DNA of 64,000 nucleotides from Octopus sinensis (Eukaryota). Each line of letters begins with the position of its first letter. The stretch's first letter is position 1. Below, in pieces: positions 11,216 through 24,720 of this stretch. Location of the stretch: positions 57,226,001-57,290,000 of the forward strand of contig NC_043012.1 in the NCBI RefSeq assembly GCF_006345805.1, written 5' to 3'. Both the position numbers and the translations under genes were made by a program. The notes below the pieces were generated by a model, which did no database searches, was not told where the DNA came from, and saw nothing but the letters and a program-made list of their open reading frames with translations.

Positions 11216-14200
11216 CATTTTACAGCTGCTGCCAAGAAATTAGCAATCCATAGAATTTGATATGCGCTCAGAGGATCGCTGCATATTCCCAAGATCTTCC
11301 TTTCGCTTTACTTTTCCTTTCTTTTCTTTTCCACTCCGGATGATCCGACAAGCAATATGGAACAAAGCTGGGTCTTCTCAATCAGGGCTGACCTTAGCGG
11401 TTGTGGTGGTGGTGGTGGGGGGGGGTAAACGTAGGAATGGTAGGAACTAGGGCTACCCAACAATACCACCACCACCACCAACAACAACAACATACAAATC
11501 ATTCAGTGGACAACAGGGGTGGTGGCGGGGAGACCAATCTCTCTCTCTCTCTCTCTCCATTCCCTCCTCTTCCTTCCTCTCTTCATGCCCCCCCTACCAC
11601 CACCACCGCCGCCACCGCCACCACCACCACCACCACCACCATCCCCATCACTGCTCGGCTATGATCTGTAGCAGACATATCATAATGTTTAGATGTTTTT
11701 GAGAGGAGAGATAAAGCCATTCTGGATCGTATCATAACCTAAATTTAATACACTAGCCATGTAAATTGTGATACTATACATACACACACACACATGTATA
11801 TGTATGTGGCATTGCCAATATCTCTGTATTAGAGAGCGGCTTGCTGATAAATCAATCAATTTATTAAAACCTAGGGAATAGCGGAACAATCACCATCATC
11901 ATGATCATCATCATCATCATCGTTGTTGTCATTATTGTTATTATCATTATTATTATTATTATTACTATGATTATAAACACGGCCAATTTTGTTAACATGG
12001 TAACCGTACAATTAATTTATCGATCCCAATCAAGATATTTTACCTTAATTGTTATGGAGATGAGGAGATGATTATAGCAATTAACCTACATAGGAGGCCA
12101 AGCATACCAAAAGGAAACATTAAGCACCGTAAACAAAAGAATGAAGGCCAAACATTTTGCATTTGGTCATGGATATTCTTCTTCTAATTATTATTATTAA
12201 TAGTAATATTATTTTAATAGTAATATTATCATTGTTGTTGTTGTTGCCATCAGTACCACCACCACCATCATCACCACCATCGTCATTGTCATCATCATCA
12301 TCATCATCATCATCATTATCATTATTCTTAGGGCAATGGAATATGAAAGTACAGAAATGGACCAAATGCCTTAAGGCATTTATTTGGTCTGATTCTTTGC
12401 ATTCTGAGTTCAAATGCTGCTGAGGTCAACTTTGCCTGTTACCCCTCCAGGGCCAATAAAATATGCTACTGGCCAGCTATTAGGGCTAACATAATTGACT
12501 AAACCCCCTCGCACCACCACCACCACCACTACCACCACCACCACCACTACCACCACCACCACCACCACCGCTTGCAAACTTCAGGCCTTGTGCCTATATT
12601 AGAAACTTTTCCTCCTCCGCATCATCATCACCACCACCACCACCATTATCATTTTTATACCCCCTCTTTCATGTTTCCAGAGGTTGGGCAGAGTTCATTG
12701 AAGTAGGATTTCCTTCCTGTCACTAAACCTCATCTTTTTTTTTTTGTTTACCAAGCAAGGTAATATTTCCCCAAGGCCAGACATGTCTTTGCAGAAAATT
12801 GGGAATGAATAACACTGCTTATGTAACAATGAGACTGTGCCATTAATCCACAACTACCACATGATGTCAACAAAGATAGATAGACAGACAGCTACACACA
12901 CACACACATTTCTTCGCGTCAGCTTTATTATTATTATTTTTATTTTAGTGTCCTTCATCTGGAAATCTTTTTTGTTACACACCTGTGACCTCCTCAGTGA
13001 CTCTCCATCCCACAATATAACAATTAACAATATCTGTTTTAATACACAATTTCACATCAGAAATCTTTCAAAACAGACACACACACACCAGCACATATAC
13101 ATATAACACACTGGGATAGGGATACAATAGAAGGACTGAACTTAACACCATTTGTTTGGGAAACAATCTTCTTAACCACACAGCTACACCTGTGCCTCTA
13201 TATGTGTGTGTGTGCGTGTGTGTGTGCATGTGCGTGTGTATGCACACACGTTTTATGGAAGTGGATCCATAAAAGATTGAAGCGTATCAAAGTGAAACCT
13301 GCCCCTGTTATTGGTTTGACAGAATGATGCAAATCAGACAGTTAAGTAATCCATTATTGTAGCACGAAATGCATTCATGAATGGAAGTTCACCTTTGTTT
13401 GCTAATCTGCAACTCCATTAGTATTCAAAGACGAATGGACCCATAAGAGTGGTGTAAAAACATAAAAAACTAACGAATGGATTATTTGGTGCTGCTATAA
13501 TTATTTCGTTAAGAGTCTTTATTGCGATGTGGACATGGTACAGTCAAGTGCACAGTATGTACAACATCCATATGATTATGTAAAATGTTATGCAGCTCTC
13601 AACTCATCAGGATTACCAAATATACAAGTGAGCAGTGATATGTTGTCTAATTACTAGTAATTAGAACTATGGATTGTATCTAGGTAGCCTAGCATATCTT
13701 AATGCTATTAATACATATATCTGATCGTGTTTAAGCTACTTTTACGTAATATCAATGAATGTAATTTTATATAAGTTATATCTTACATAATCTTATCTAA
13801 TAATTTATTCAATTTGTTTCCAACCTTAGGTGATGTCTTTATAATATTTCTCTCATCCCCCTCAGTTCTACTCTTTATATTTCTTATAAATTCTTCCAAC
13901 ATTTTCTTAATACTTTCCATAACTCTAAATTATTATAGCAGTGATCTTATCTATACCCTGAACCTATACAGTTTCATTTTATTTCATTTATTTTATTCTC
14001 AATAATAATGTAATAATATTGGTTAATAAAAATATTAGGATTCCTGTATTTATATTGGGGGGGGGGGATATTGGCTCTGTTTTCTCTTCTCTGTTATTTT
14101 TGACCGTTGTGCTTATAACTGATCTCTCTAAGTTTCAATATTTAACCAACACAAATTTGTATCGTTATGTTGACACTGATTATTGCTTAAACTATTTTCA

Positions 14201-14577
14201 TTAGTCTCGGAGCACTTTACTCAAGAGGAATTAAGTAAATGAATAAGTAATCCTGGAATTTATTAACCATACTACTCCTTTGATGTAATAAACAACATAA
14301 AACAGGAAATGGAGTTCTTTAGAACACTGGCAACTGTTGCAAAATATATTCTAATAGGGTCAAATATCATTCTTTGTGCCTGCTCTCTGCTAGTATACAA
14401 ACTTGTTTTGCCAGTACCGGCCTTTCTTGGGATGTAAATACATCAACACCAGTTGTCAAGCAGTGATAGGAGGACAAACACAGACACAAAAACACACACA
14501 CACATAGATATAGACATATATATATGACAGGCTTGTTTATATGTATACACAAATACACACACACACACACACATATA

Positions 14578-15429
14578 CAGGGTGCGATGGGTAAATTGTT
14601 GCCATTTTATATTTTTAATTTCATGTATGCACATCGTTTGTTTTTGAATTTGTCGACCACACAATACAGTAGGGTCAATTGGGCACCATCTGTGAGAAAA
14701 ACAGTACCACAACGCAGTTTGGAAATGCTTGGCATTTGCACCGGAAGCTCCAATATGAACATTTCAGAGTGTCTGTGCATCAATCTGAGGACAATGCAAT
14801 CTGAGGACATGTACCAAGAGTGATAAAAATAAAACATCCAGTCAATAGTGTTTGGAGTGATCACTAGTGATGACATAATGCCTCCATTCACCTTCCTACA
14901 TGGCCTCAGACTCAATACAGAGACTTACATCAAGTGCCTGGAGGAGGTAGGGCTGCCATGGATCAAGAGGGTGGCTGCTGGAAGATCCTATGTCTGGCAA
15001 CAGGACTCTGCACCATGCCACACAAGTAGGAGAACCCAGTCATGGCTGTCAGACAATTTCTGCAACCATACCACCCCTAACATCTGGCCACCTAACTCCC
15101 CAGACTGCAACCCCCTTGATTATTATGTTTGGGGCGCAGTTGAGTGAGAGACCAACAAATCTCCTTGTAACACCAAAGATGAACTAAAGGCAAGGATTAT
15201 GGCGGCATTCACCAACTTAAACAAGGAGACCATCCAGAAGAGTTGCAGGAGATTCCGAAGTCGTCTGGAGGCCGTGATTGAAGCCAATGGCAATTTTATT
15301 GAATAAATTTACTCTTTAGTATTTCAAGATATTTTAATGTAATTTTGGTAAATATATCTGTCAAAATGAGATGTCAGTGTTATTCTCATTTTTGCATAAT
15401 TCAAACAACAGTTTATTCACTGCACCCTG
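14578..15429 (+). mobile_element. Internally deleted IS630-Tc1-mariner element of the DD37D (maT/Bmmar1-like) group
   Basis: TA flanks at 14576-77 and 15430-31; imperfect 24-bp TIRs CAGGGTGCGATGGGTAAATTGTTG / CAGGGTGCAGTGAATAAACTGTTG. Transposase remnant QQDSAPCH...WPPNSPDCNPLDY has 37 residues between the last two Asp and one in-frame stop. Confidence 0.9.
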
Positions 15430-15954
15430 TATGTATAAAACAATGGGAGCTAGCACAGTAATGTGTGCTAAGTATGTGATAACAAAACGAAGAGGTCTCT
15501 ATGCTCTATGTAGCTGCATAGTCTGCTGGAAATAGCAGCCAAAATTACCTCCTCAAATCTCTCAAATAACACCTTTCTATCATGAAAAATTCAATAAGGA
15601 AGGCCACACAGGATAATTTAATTTTAGCAATACCCTCCTCCATCACCCAAAAATGAACAAACAAACAGGATAATCTTAATTGGAAAGCCTTTTATCATAG
15701 GTCTGCTCTATTCAGGGCTGACTTGGGAGTCTAAATAATAACAACAACTACAACAACCACAACAAGAACAACATCAAAATACATCAATCGAAGCTTGGTG
15801 AGGGATACAGATGTGGTATAAAATAGCACAATGCAGAGAACATACTCTCCTCACACAGTAACAAAAGCTGTAAACATTTACACAGTTTTATAAGGAGATG
15901 AAAGGAACACACAGTGTAGGGAGTTTAGAATAATATAACAAATAAAAATAAAAA

Positions 15955-16285
15955 ATAACAACAACAACGATGATAATGATAATGATGAAAACGATGATGA
16001 TGATGTTAGTGATGGTGATGGTGGAGGTGATGATAAAAATGGTGATAATGATGATGATGATGATGACGATGGAAGTTTAATAGTGGAAATGATGGTGATG
16101 ATGATGATGGAGGTGGTGGTGGTGGTGGTGGCGGTGGTGGAGGTGAAGATAAAAATGGTGGTGATGATGATGATGATGATGATGATGATAGTGAAAATGG
16201 TGAGGATGACAATGATAATGATGACTATGATAATAAAAATAACAATGATAATGCTGATAAGGAATATGATAATAATAACAATAGC

Positions 16286-16335
<50 letters not shown>
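15955..16335. repeat. Compound (GAT/GGT/AAT)n microsatellite
   Basis: Seen directly. Confidence 0.9.
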
Positions 16336-16336
<1 letters not shown>

Positions 16337-16669
16337 CAACACAACAAATTGCAAAAAGGGAAATAGACTATGTAGAGGGGAAATATCGATTTCTGGTCCT
16401 ATTTTATAGAGGATCAACATAATTGGTGATTGAATCAATCCGACTATGTTATAGGTGTTTACACATCGACATTGAGAGAAGTGGAGGGGTTAAGATGACC
16501 CTGATAGGGATTGAACTCAGAACCAAGATGGCTGAAACTAAATACTGTAATGTAATATAATGTTATGTAATGATGCATTTAGTTCGGTAAATCTATGGTC
16601 TTGGGCCAGCTTTGATGTTCTAGCTATGTTAATGATATGAAAACATAGTATAAGATTGAAATGGAAATA

Positions 16670-16691
16670 GATAGATAGATAGAGAGAGAGA

Positions 16692-16727
<36 letters not shown>

Positions 16728-16837
16728 AGAGGAGAGAGAGAAAGAGGAGAGAGAGGGGAGAAATGGAGAAAGAGAGGGAAAGTGATATATATGTGTTGTT
16801 ATGAATATATATATATACTTAAGTATATATACAGAGG

Positions 16838-16871
<34 letters not shown>

Positions 16872-16912
16872 CTGACAGACAGACAGATAGATAGACAGAT
16901 AGATAGACAGAC

Positions 16913-16945
<33 letters not shown>

Positions 16946-16988
16946 GATATATAGATAGATAGATAGATAGATAATTAGACAGACTGAC

Positions 16989-17028
<40 letters not shown>

Positions 17029-17030
17029 TG
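16670..17030. repeat. (GA)n and (GATA)n microsatellites
   Basis: Seen directly. Confidence 0.9.
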
Positions 17031-17097
17031 ATATACAAATATATACACATAAATATACACAGTTGTAGATATTCACACAGATACATGCATATACATA

Positions 17098-17288
17098 CAA
17101 GGGAGTGCTGAAAAATTCTTGACATTAAAGATATCATGAAAGGCCGAACCTTTCGAGTTCTTTTGTGGGGTTTAGAAAAACTGAAGGATTGCTGCAAGAG
17201 GGGAATATGTTGAATATAATCATAATTAACTAATCCTCCTGTATTTTCTCTTACCCAAACCCACAAAATTTTCAGCCCCCGCCCCTAC
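17098..17288 (+). mobile_element. Mariner-derived MITE
   Basis: Degenerate TIRs (gggagtgctgaaaa / ttttcagccccc) with TA flank; same family as 56396 and 18110. Confidence 0.6.
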
Positions 17289-17547
17289 TTATTTATACAA
17301 ACATATACACAGATACATACAAACTAATACATAAATGTGTATATATACATACATAGTCATCTCAAAGATTAGGAATGCATCAGCATTTTTATGAAATTCT
17401 GCTTAGTGACTGTGGAAGTTACTATTTGCAAAACTACATGTATACACTCTACTTTGTGTATTGAGTGCTCTTTCCTTTATTTATTTGCACACATGTGTAT
17501 GTGTGTATGTCTGTGTGTGTGTATGTGAGTGAAAAAGAGAGAAAGAC

Positions 17548-17621
<74 letters not shown>

Positions 17622-17861
17622 GATGCAAGGCTTGCTGAGTTTAAATTTGTTTATGTAAATGAACAATTAAAAAGATGTATCTGTTTAAAATTATTGATTT
17701 GTTAATTTGGTGTCTTGGAATGGTTCTCAGATACAATTATGATGGAAAATTTTTATTTAATAATTACGTGCACTTTAAAACAAGTTCTTTTCATACTTTC
17801 ATACATATGAGGTGGTCTCCAGCATTTGCTGCATATGTGCACATGTATGTGCGTGTGTGTG

Positions 17862-17901
<40 letters not shown>

Positions 17902-18109
17902 GTAATATGGTTTCCTTCAAAGAAGAAAGAAAACACCTATTATGACTCATTTCAGATCAGAAGTGTTGAAGATTCTTGACCTCATAACATATTTTTAGGT
18001 CATGAGGTCAGGAATGATTGGGCAGAGTTGGTGGATAAAGGAAAAAGAAACCACAGATCATGGTGTGCTGGCAATAGGGAGCAATAGCATGTCAGGGTCA
18101 GGGTCTTGG

Positions 18110-18298
18110 GTAACATTCAGAACAAAGACCTGATCATTTTCAACAGAGTGGACATATTTACCCTCTCAGATTCATACACTTATTACAGCGGTCCTTCAGT
18201 TTTTCTAAACCCTATAAAAAGAACTAAGAAGGCTGGGCCTCCAACTAGGCCTTTCATGATATCCTTAAAACCAGGAACTTTTCAGTAACCCTTCACAT
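18110..18298 (-). mobile_element. Mariner-derived MITE
   Basis: Reverse complement of the 56396 family, ending ccaggaacttttcagtaaccc. Confidence 0.55.
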
Positions 18299-20217
18299 AT
18301 GTGTATGTGTGTATACCCTTGTCTTGACATAATGTGATGGTTGTGAACAGGCACCATTGTCATACAAGCAACGTTGTTCCATTGTGGTCTTCCATGAAAA
18401 AAACTTGTCTGGTGATAGTGAAATATTACCCCTACTTGGAAACAGGCAAAGGCTGGCAACAGGAAGGGCATCCAGCTGTAGAAAATTTGCCTCGGAAAAA
18501 TTCCCGCCTGTCCAATGCTAGCATGTTAAAGGAGCCATTAAAATGATGACTATGATGATGATGATGATGATGAGGATGAGGATGAGGATGATGAGGATGA
18601 TGATGAGGATTATGATGATGAGGATTATGATGATAATGATGGTGGTGATGATAATGCCACTTACTTTAATCAAACAAACGAATGTGATGGCCAAATGAAC
18701 TTCTTAAGCACATGTTGATGCCATTATAGTTACGAAAAGGGTTAATACAAAACTTGATCCAATTAATTGCCAGGCATTTGCAGCTGTGGTGTACAGAGTA
18801 GAGCAAGCATTAATTGTAACGAACTGGGAATAGATATACTAAATAGACCAGATAGGAAATATTGAAATAAAATACAGCGGCTTTCATTCCTCGTGATCAT
18901 TCATGTCTTAGATCTTTATATATTAGTAATATAAAATCTAGGGTAAGAGGATTAATTGAGAAACGTATAAGTCTTGAGAAATGTTCAGGAAATATAAAAG
19001 AAGAGAGAGAGAAAGAGAGAGAGGAAGGAATTTTAGATTAAACATGTTACAAAAGGTGAGGAATTGTTATTTCATGAAATTTAATCTCAGGTCTAGAATT
19101 AGATAAGAATAACACGAGAATAAGAGAGAGTACTGAATGCAATTAAGAAAAAGAAAAATATATAAAAAAAATATGTGGAGTAATTAGAGAGATAAGAATA
19201 AAGAATGTCAATTTATGAATGGGTTGCTAGAGATATAAATGAGCTTAATCTTTTTGTTTCTATATATCTGCTGAAATACCTTGTCTTTGAAAATAAAGAA
19301 GAATTTAGTTAAATAATTTGTTGTATCTTGGGAGGGTCATTATGCCCATTATAAATACACACACACACACTGGTTGTATTTCCCTTCTTTTACTACTATT
19401 AGTCAATTTCAGCTGTGAACAGGCAGAATTGTTACCATGCCAGACAAAATGCTGAGTAGCATTTCTTTTGATTTTATGTTCTGAGTTTAAATGCTGCCAG
19501 GGTCGACTTTGCCTTTCATCTTTGCAGGAGGAGGATAGAATATATAAGTTGAGCACTGGGGTCGGTGTAATCAACTTAGACCCCAACCCTACCCACCCAC
19601 TTGCAATCGCTGGCCTTGTGCCAAAATTTGAGACTATTATTATTATTATTATTATTATTATTAAGGTCAAGGCAGCAAGATGGCAGAATTGGTTAGAACA
19701 TGCGACAAAAATGCCTAGTAACAGTTTGCCCATCTTTATGTTCCGAGTTCAAATTCTGCTGAAGTCAACTCTGCATTTACACTTTCAGGTCTGATGCAAA
19801 AAGTACCAGTTGAGTGATGAGATTGATGGAATTGACAAGTATCCTAATCCACATCAATTTTTAAGGCCTTGAGCCAACAGTAGAAAGGATTATCATTAGT
19901 CAGTTTGTAAACCGATTAATTAATCAGACGTCTGATTAATTGTTCAATCAAACATTCAATGAGTTAGGCTCATCATGATGCAGGCCATAACCAGTTACCT
20001 GACTTTTTACCGTATGATATTACCATTGTTGATAAAGATACAACTATTTAAAAATTTTTTTTTTCTTTCTGAGATGGCATGACCATGTAACAAGACCCAG
20101 TGGCCTTGTAAGGGCCATTTTTCAAGGAACTGCGAAGGACGAAAAATTGAAAAGAAGAAAAAAGAAAAGAAAGATGGATAACAATGAAGAATGAATAGGT
20201 AAATCATTGGTTTAAAA

Positions 20218-20536
20218 GACTCCGCCGGTTACGATGACGAGGGTCCCAGCTGATACGATCAACGGAACAGCTTGCTCGTGAAATTAACGTGCAAATGGCT
20301 GAGCATTCCACAGACACGTGTACCCTTAACGTAGTTCTCGGGGATAATCAGCGTGACACAGAGAGTGACAAGGCTGACCCTTTGAAATACAAGTACAACT
20401 CATTTTTGCCAGCTGAGTGGACTGGAGCAACGTGAAATAAAGTGTCTTGCTCAAGGACACAACGCGTCGCCGGGAATCGAACTCACAACCTTACGATCAT
20501 GAGCCGAATGCCCTAACCACTAAGCCACGCGCCCTC
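20218..20536 (-). mobile_element. tRNA-derived SINE family C
   Basis: Minus-strand head ggcgcgtggcttagtggttagggc...gagttcgattccc, then ccttgagcaagacactt; second copy at 21462-21786. Confidence 0.85.
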
Positions 20537-20863
20537 ACAAATCATTGGTAGAGACTGAAACTCTGGCACATAGTCACAACCAATGGAGAATTTTGGTGTG
20601 GAAGAATGCCACAAAGGAATTTCTACGACTCTATCAAGAACTGGTGACAGATGGCCCAAAGACGCAAGCAAAGAAACCAGTGAGTTTCTACACATAGGCG
20701 CAGGAGTGGCTGTGTGGTAAGTAGCTTGCTTACCAGCCACATTATTCCGGGCTTAGTCCCACTGCATGGCACCTTGGGCAAGTGTCTTCTACTATAGCCT
20801 CAGGCCAACCAAAACCTTGTGAGTGGGTTTGGCAGAGGAAAACCAAAAGAAGCCTGTCATGTA

Positions 20864-20918
<55 letters not shown>

Positions 20919-20927
20919 ATCTATCTA

Positions 20928-20967
<40 letters not shown>

Positions 20968-20999
20968 ATCTATCATCTATCTATCTATCTATCTATCTA

Positions 21000-21043
<44 letters not shown>

Positions 21044-21396
21044 TTATAAGATAAGCTCTACTACCTTAATGTTCTTAAAATTCAAATCAATATCCTTGCC
21101 TATATATCTACCTTCTCTATAATGTTATCAATTAATATGAAAATTATGTATTAATGGAAAACCTCTGTAAATGGCTGATAATTGCTCAACATTTTAAAAC
21201 TGTAGTAATACTTACAATGTTTAATAATATGATGTAGCGTGAAATGATCGTACCAAATTACCGAAGATATTATTTTGATTATAATCACCCCATGGATTTA
21301 TATGGATAACACCATACAAAATTCTGGTGCATCTAACTTAAGTACCATTTTCATTTGAATCTAAATTTTGCTGAACTTATATATATATATACATAC

Positions 21397-21457
<61 letters not shown>

Positions 21458-21461
21458 AGAA

Positions 21462-21786
21462 GGAGCACTCCATCGGTTATGATGATGAGGGTCCCAGCTG
21501 ATCCGATCAATGGAACAGCTTGCTCGTGAAATTAATGTGCAAGTGGCTGAACACTCCACAGACATGTGTACCCTTAACGTAGTTCTCAGGGAGATTCAGC
21601 ATGACACAGAGTTTGACAAGGCTGGCCCTTTGAAATACAGGTACTACTCATTTTTGCCAGCTGAGTGGACTGAAGCAACGTGAAATAAAGAGTCTTGCTC
21701 AAGGACACAATGTGTCACCTGGAATTGAACTCATGATCTTACAATCATGAGCCAAATGCCCTAACCACTAAGCTACGAGCCTTCAC
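21462..21786 (-). mobile_element. SINE family C copy
   Basis: Colinear with 20218-20536. Confidence 0.8.
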
Positions 21787-23346
21787 TATATATATATATA
21801 TATAATATATATAATATTATATATATATATATGTATGCGTGTGTATGTATGTATGTATGTATGTTTCGTGTTTGTCCTTGCACCACCATCACCCTCCACT
21901 GCTTGACAACTGATGTTGGTGTGTATGTGTCCCCATAACTTAGTAGTTCAGCAAAAAAGACCGATAGAATAAGTACTAGGCTTACAGAGAATAAGATTTG
22001 GGGTCGATTTGTTCGACTAAAGGTGGTGCTCCAGCATGGCCACAGTCAGATGACTGGAACAAATAAAAGAATAAGCCTACAATAAACTTTTCTACTATAA
22101 GCAAAGTAATCAACTAGGACCCTGAAATTTCCGAGGGGTAGGTGGCTAGCTGATTACATTGACCCCTGGTACTCAACTGGTACTTCTTTTATAAACCCCG
22201 CTCCATAAACAAACAAAAAAAAAGACACAAGGCAAAGTTGACCGTGGCAGAATTTGAACTCTGAATGTAAAGGCAGATTGAATTCCACTAAGCAAGGCAG
22301 TGATATAGATTTTGCCATCTCACTGCCTTGCAAAGGGCTGTGATAATGGTCTTTTTAATGACGCTCATAAAGGGTTCCATAAAATTAACGACTTTGTCAA
22401 AACATAGGTTTGAAGTTTCTAAATTTAGAAAGAAGTCAAACAGGGAGATATACTTTGGGGGTTTTATCTTGAGCGATTACAAATAAAAGTAAACATTATG
22501 CTACATGAATAAGATAATCCTTTAGAACTTTTCACTCTCTTGCACCAGGACAACCCCTTGTGTCGCCACAACATTAAGAAGAGAAAGAAAAGAAGAAAAA
22601 AAGCGAAACAAAACCAACAAAAAGAAAAAAACACAATAACCAAAAATCAAACTACCAAACTATCCCTAACAAAATGAAAAAAGGGGTAGGGTGTTTGTTG
22701 GTCCCTATAGATTTGGTTGACAGCTTAATCTGTTCTACATTTCATAGCAGCTGTTAGGTCTAACAGACACAACCATCTGTTTTAGTTATAAAAGAATCCT
22801 TCAGGACCATCGCTGTACTAAATCCATTCATTTTCTTTAAACTCCTTTTTAATGCGGTTCAATTTTTATTTACAATATTCTAGTTGCTGCATAATAGAAA
22901 TATAAAAAAAAAATTTTTTTTTGTGTGTGTGTGTGTGTGATGTCATCAATGAGAAAAGAAAGAAAAGAGAAAGAAATTAAAGCTTTGTGGGTTTGTGACC
23001 TTCGCAATTATCATTCTGTTTTGTTCCCATTGTCTGTGTTCGGCTTTTTGCTCCACACCCTGAAATCAAACATCATATGACTTTGGCTGTCGTCTGCCAA
23101 CAGATGTTTTGCGTTGATCATTGTATTCTGTGACAGCTATAAACAATTATGAACCGAGCAAGGAATATTCGAGAAGTTTGTTCTGTTTATAGGTGCTGTG
23201 CAGTTAAGAAGCTTGCTTTGCAACCCACGTGGTCTCTGGTTCAATCTCACTGCATGGCATCTTCACCAAATGTCTTCTTTTATAGACCTTGACTGACCAA
23301 TGTCCTGTGAGTGAATTTGGTATATGGAAACTGAAAAAAGCCCTTC

Positions 23347-23384
<38 letters not shown>

Positions 23385-23552
23385 ACATATATATACATGC
23401 ATATATATATATATATATATATATTACATACATAAACACACACACACACACACATATATATATGTATATATAACTAGAGGTTAAAATAGCCTTGTTAAGG
23501 GATAGTAATATCCAATGAATTATTGGTTCATTACTTAACATTTTTGTGAAAA

Positions 23553-23712
23553 GAGTGGCTGTGTGGTAAGTATCTTGCTTACCAACCACATGGTTCCGGG
23601 TTCAGTCCAACTGTGTGGCACCTTGGGCAAGTGCCTTCTACTTTAGCCTCAGGCCGACCAAAGCCTTGTGAGTGAATTTGGTAGACGGAAACTGAAAGAA
23701 TCCCCTTGTATA

Positions 23713-23743
<31 letters not shown>

Positions 23744-23975
23744 TAGATAGATATATATGCATGTGTGTGTATATGTTTGTGTGTTTGTCCCCCCAACATC
23801 GTTTGACAACTGATGCTGGTGTGTTTACATCCCCATAACTTAGCGGTTCAGCAAAAGAGACCGATAGAAGAAGTACAAGGCTTACAAAGATTAAGTCATG
23901 GGATCGATTTGCTTAACTAAAGGCGGTGCTCCAATATGGCCACAGTCAAATGACTGAAGCAAGTAAAAGAGTAAA
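23553..23975 (+). mobile_element. SINE family A copy
   Basis: Colinear with 3718-4128. Confidence 0.85.
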
Positions 23976-23988
23976 AATGAGTAAATAT

Positions 23989-24036
<48 letters not shown>

Positions 24037-24167
24037 TAAAGGTTAAAATAGCCTCGTTAAGAGATAGTAATATCCAATGAATATTGGTTCATTACTTAAT
24101 ACTTTTGCGAAAAGTAATTTTCATAAAATAATAGGTCTAAATATAAATCTTGGTTTATAGATATTCA

Positions 24168-24298
24168 AAAGAAAATCAGGAAAATGGAGATATAGCATTA
24201 CTACAATTTATTATCTGCAAAAACCCAACATATTCTCCAACATTTTTGCAGATAATAAATTATACTAATGCTATATCTGCATTTTCTTAATTTTCTTT
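24168..24298. repeat. 56-bp inverted repeat with a 19-nt loop
   Basis: 24168-24223 vs 24243-24298, 5 mismatches; arm homologous to about 75-135. Confidence 0.85.
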
Positions 24299-24307
24299 AT
24301 ATATAGC

Positions 24308-24468
24308 TGCAGGCGTGGATGTGTGGTAAGTAGCTTGCTTACCAACCGCATGGTTCCAGGTTCAGTCCCACTGCATGGGAGCTCGAGCAAGTGTCTTCTA
24401 CTATAGCCTCAGGCCGACCAAAGCCTTGTGAGTGGATTTGGTAGACGGAAACTGAAAGAAGCCTGTCT

Positions 24469-24500
<32 letters not shown>

Positions 24501-24720
24501 CACAGGTATGTATTTGTGTGCCTGTGTTTGTCTCTCCCCACCTCATTATCGCTCGACAACTGATGCTGGTGTGTTTATGTCCCCTTAACTTAGCAGTTCA
24601 GCAAAGAGACTGATAGAATAAGAACTAGGCTTACAAAGTATAAGTTCTGGGGTTGATTTGTTGACTAAAGGTGGGATCCCAGCATGGCCACAGTCTAATG
24701 ACTGAAACAAATAAAAGAAT
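24308..24720 (+). mobile_element. SINE family A copy
   Basis: Colinear with 3718-4128. Confidence 0.85.

Noticed and set aside
10369-11292. Long ORFs rich in His, Thr, Val or Gly (244, 201 and 185 aa)
   Set aside because: They are translations of a CAC/CAA tract, open in several frames on both strands, with no domain signal.
18920-19230. Purine-rich stretch resembling decayed LINE coding sequence (also 13800-13980)
   Set aside because: No recognisable motif survives.
20440-20536. tRNA gene candidates at SINE heads (also 28166, 32120, 45426)
   Set aside because: A and B boxes are present but there is no complete cloverleaf, and each runs into SINE body.
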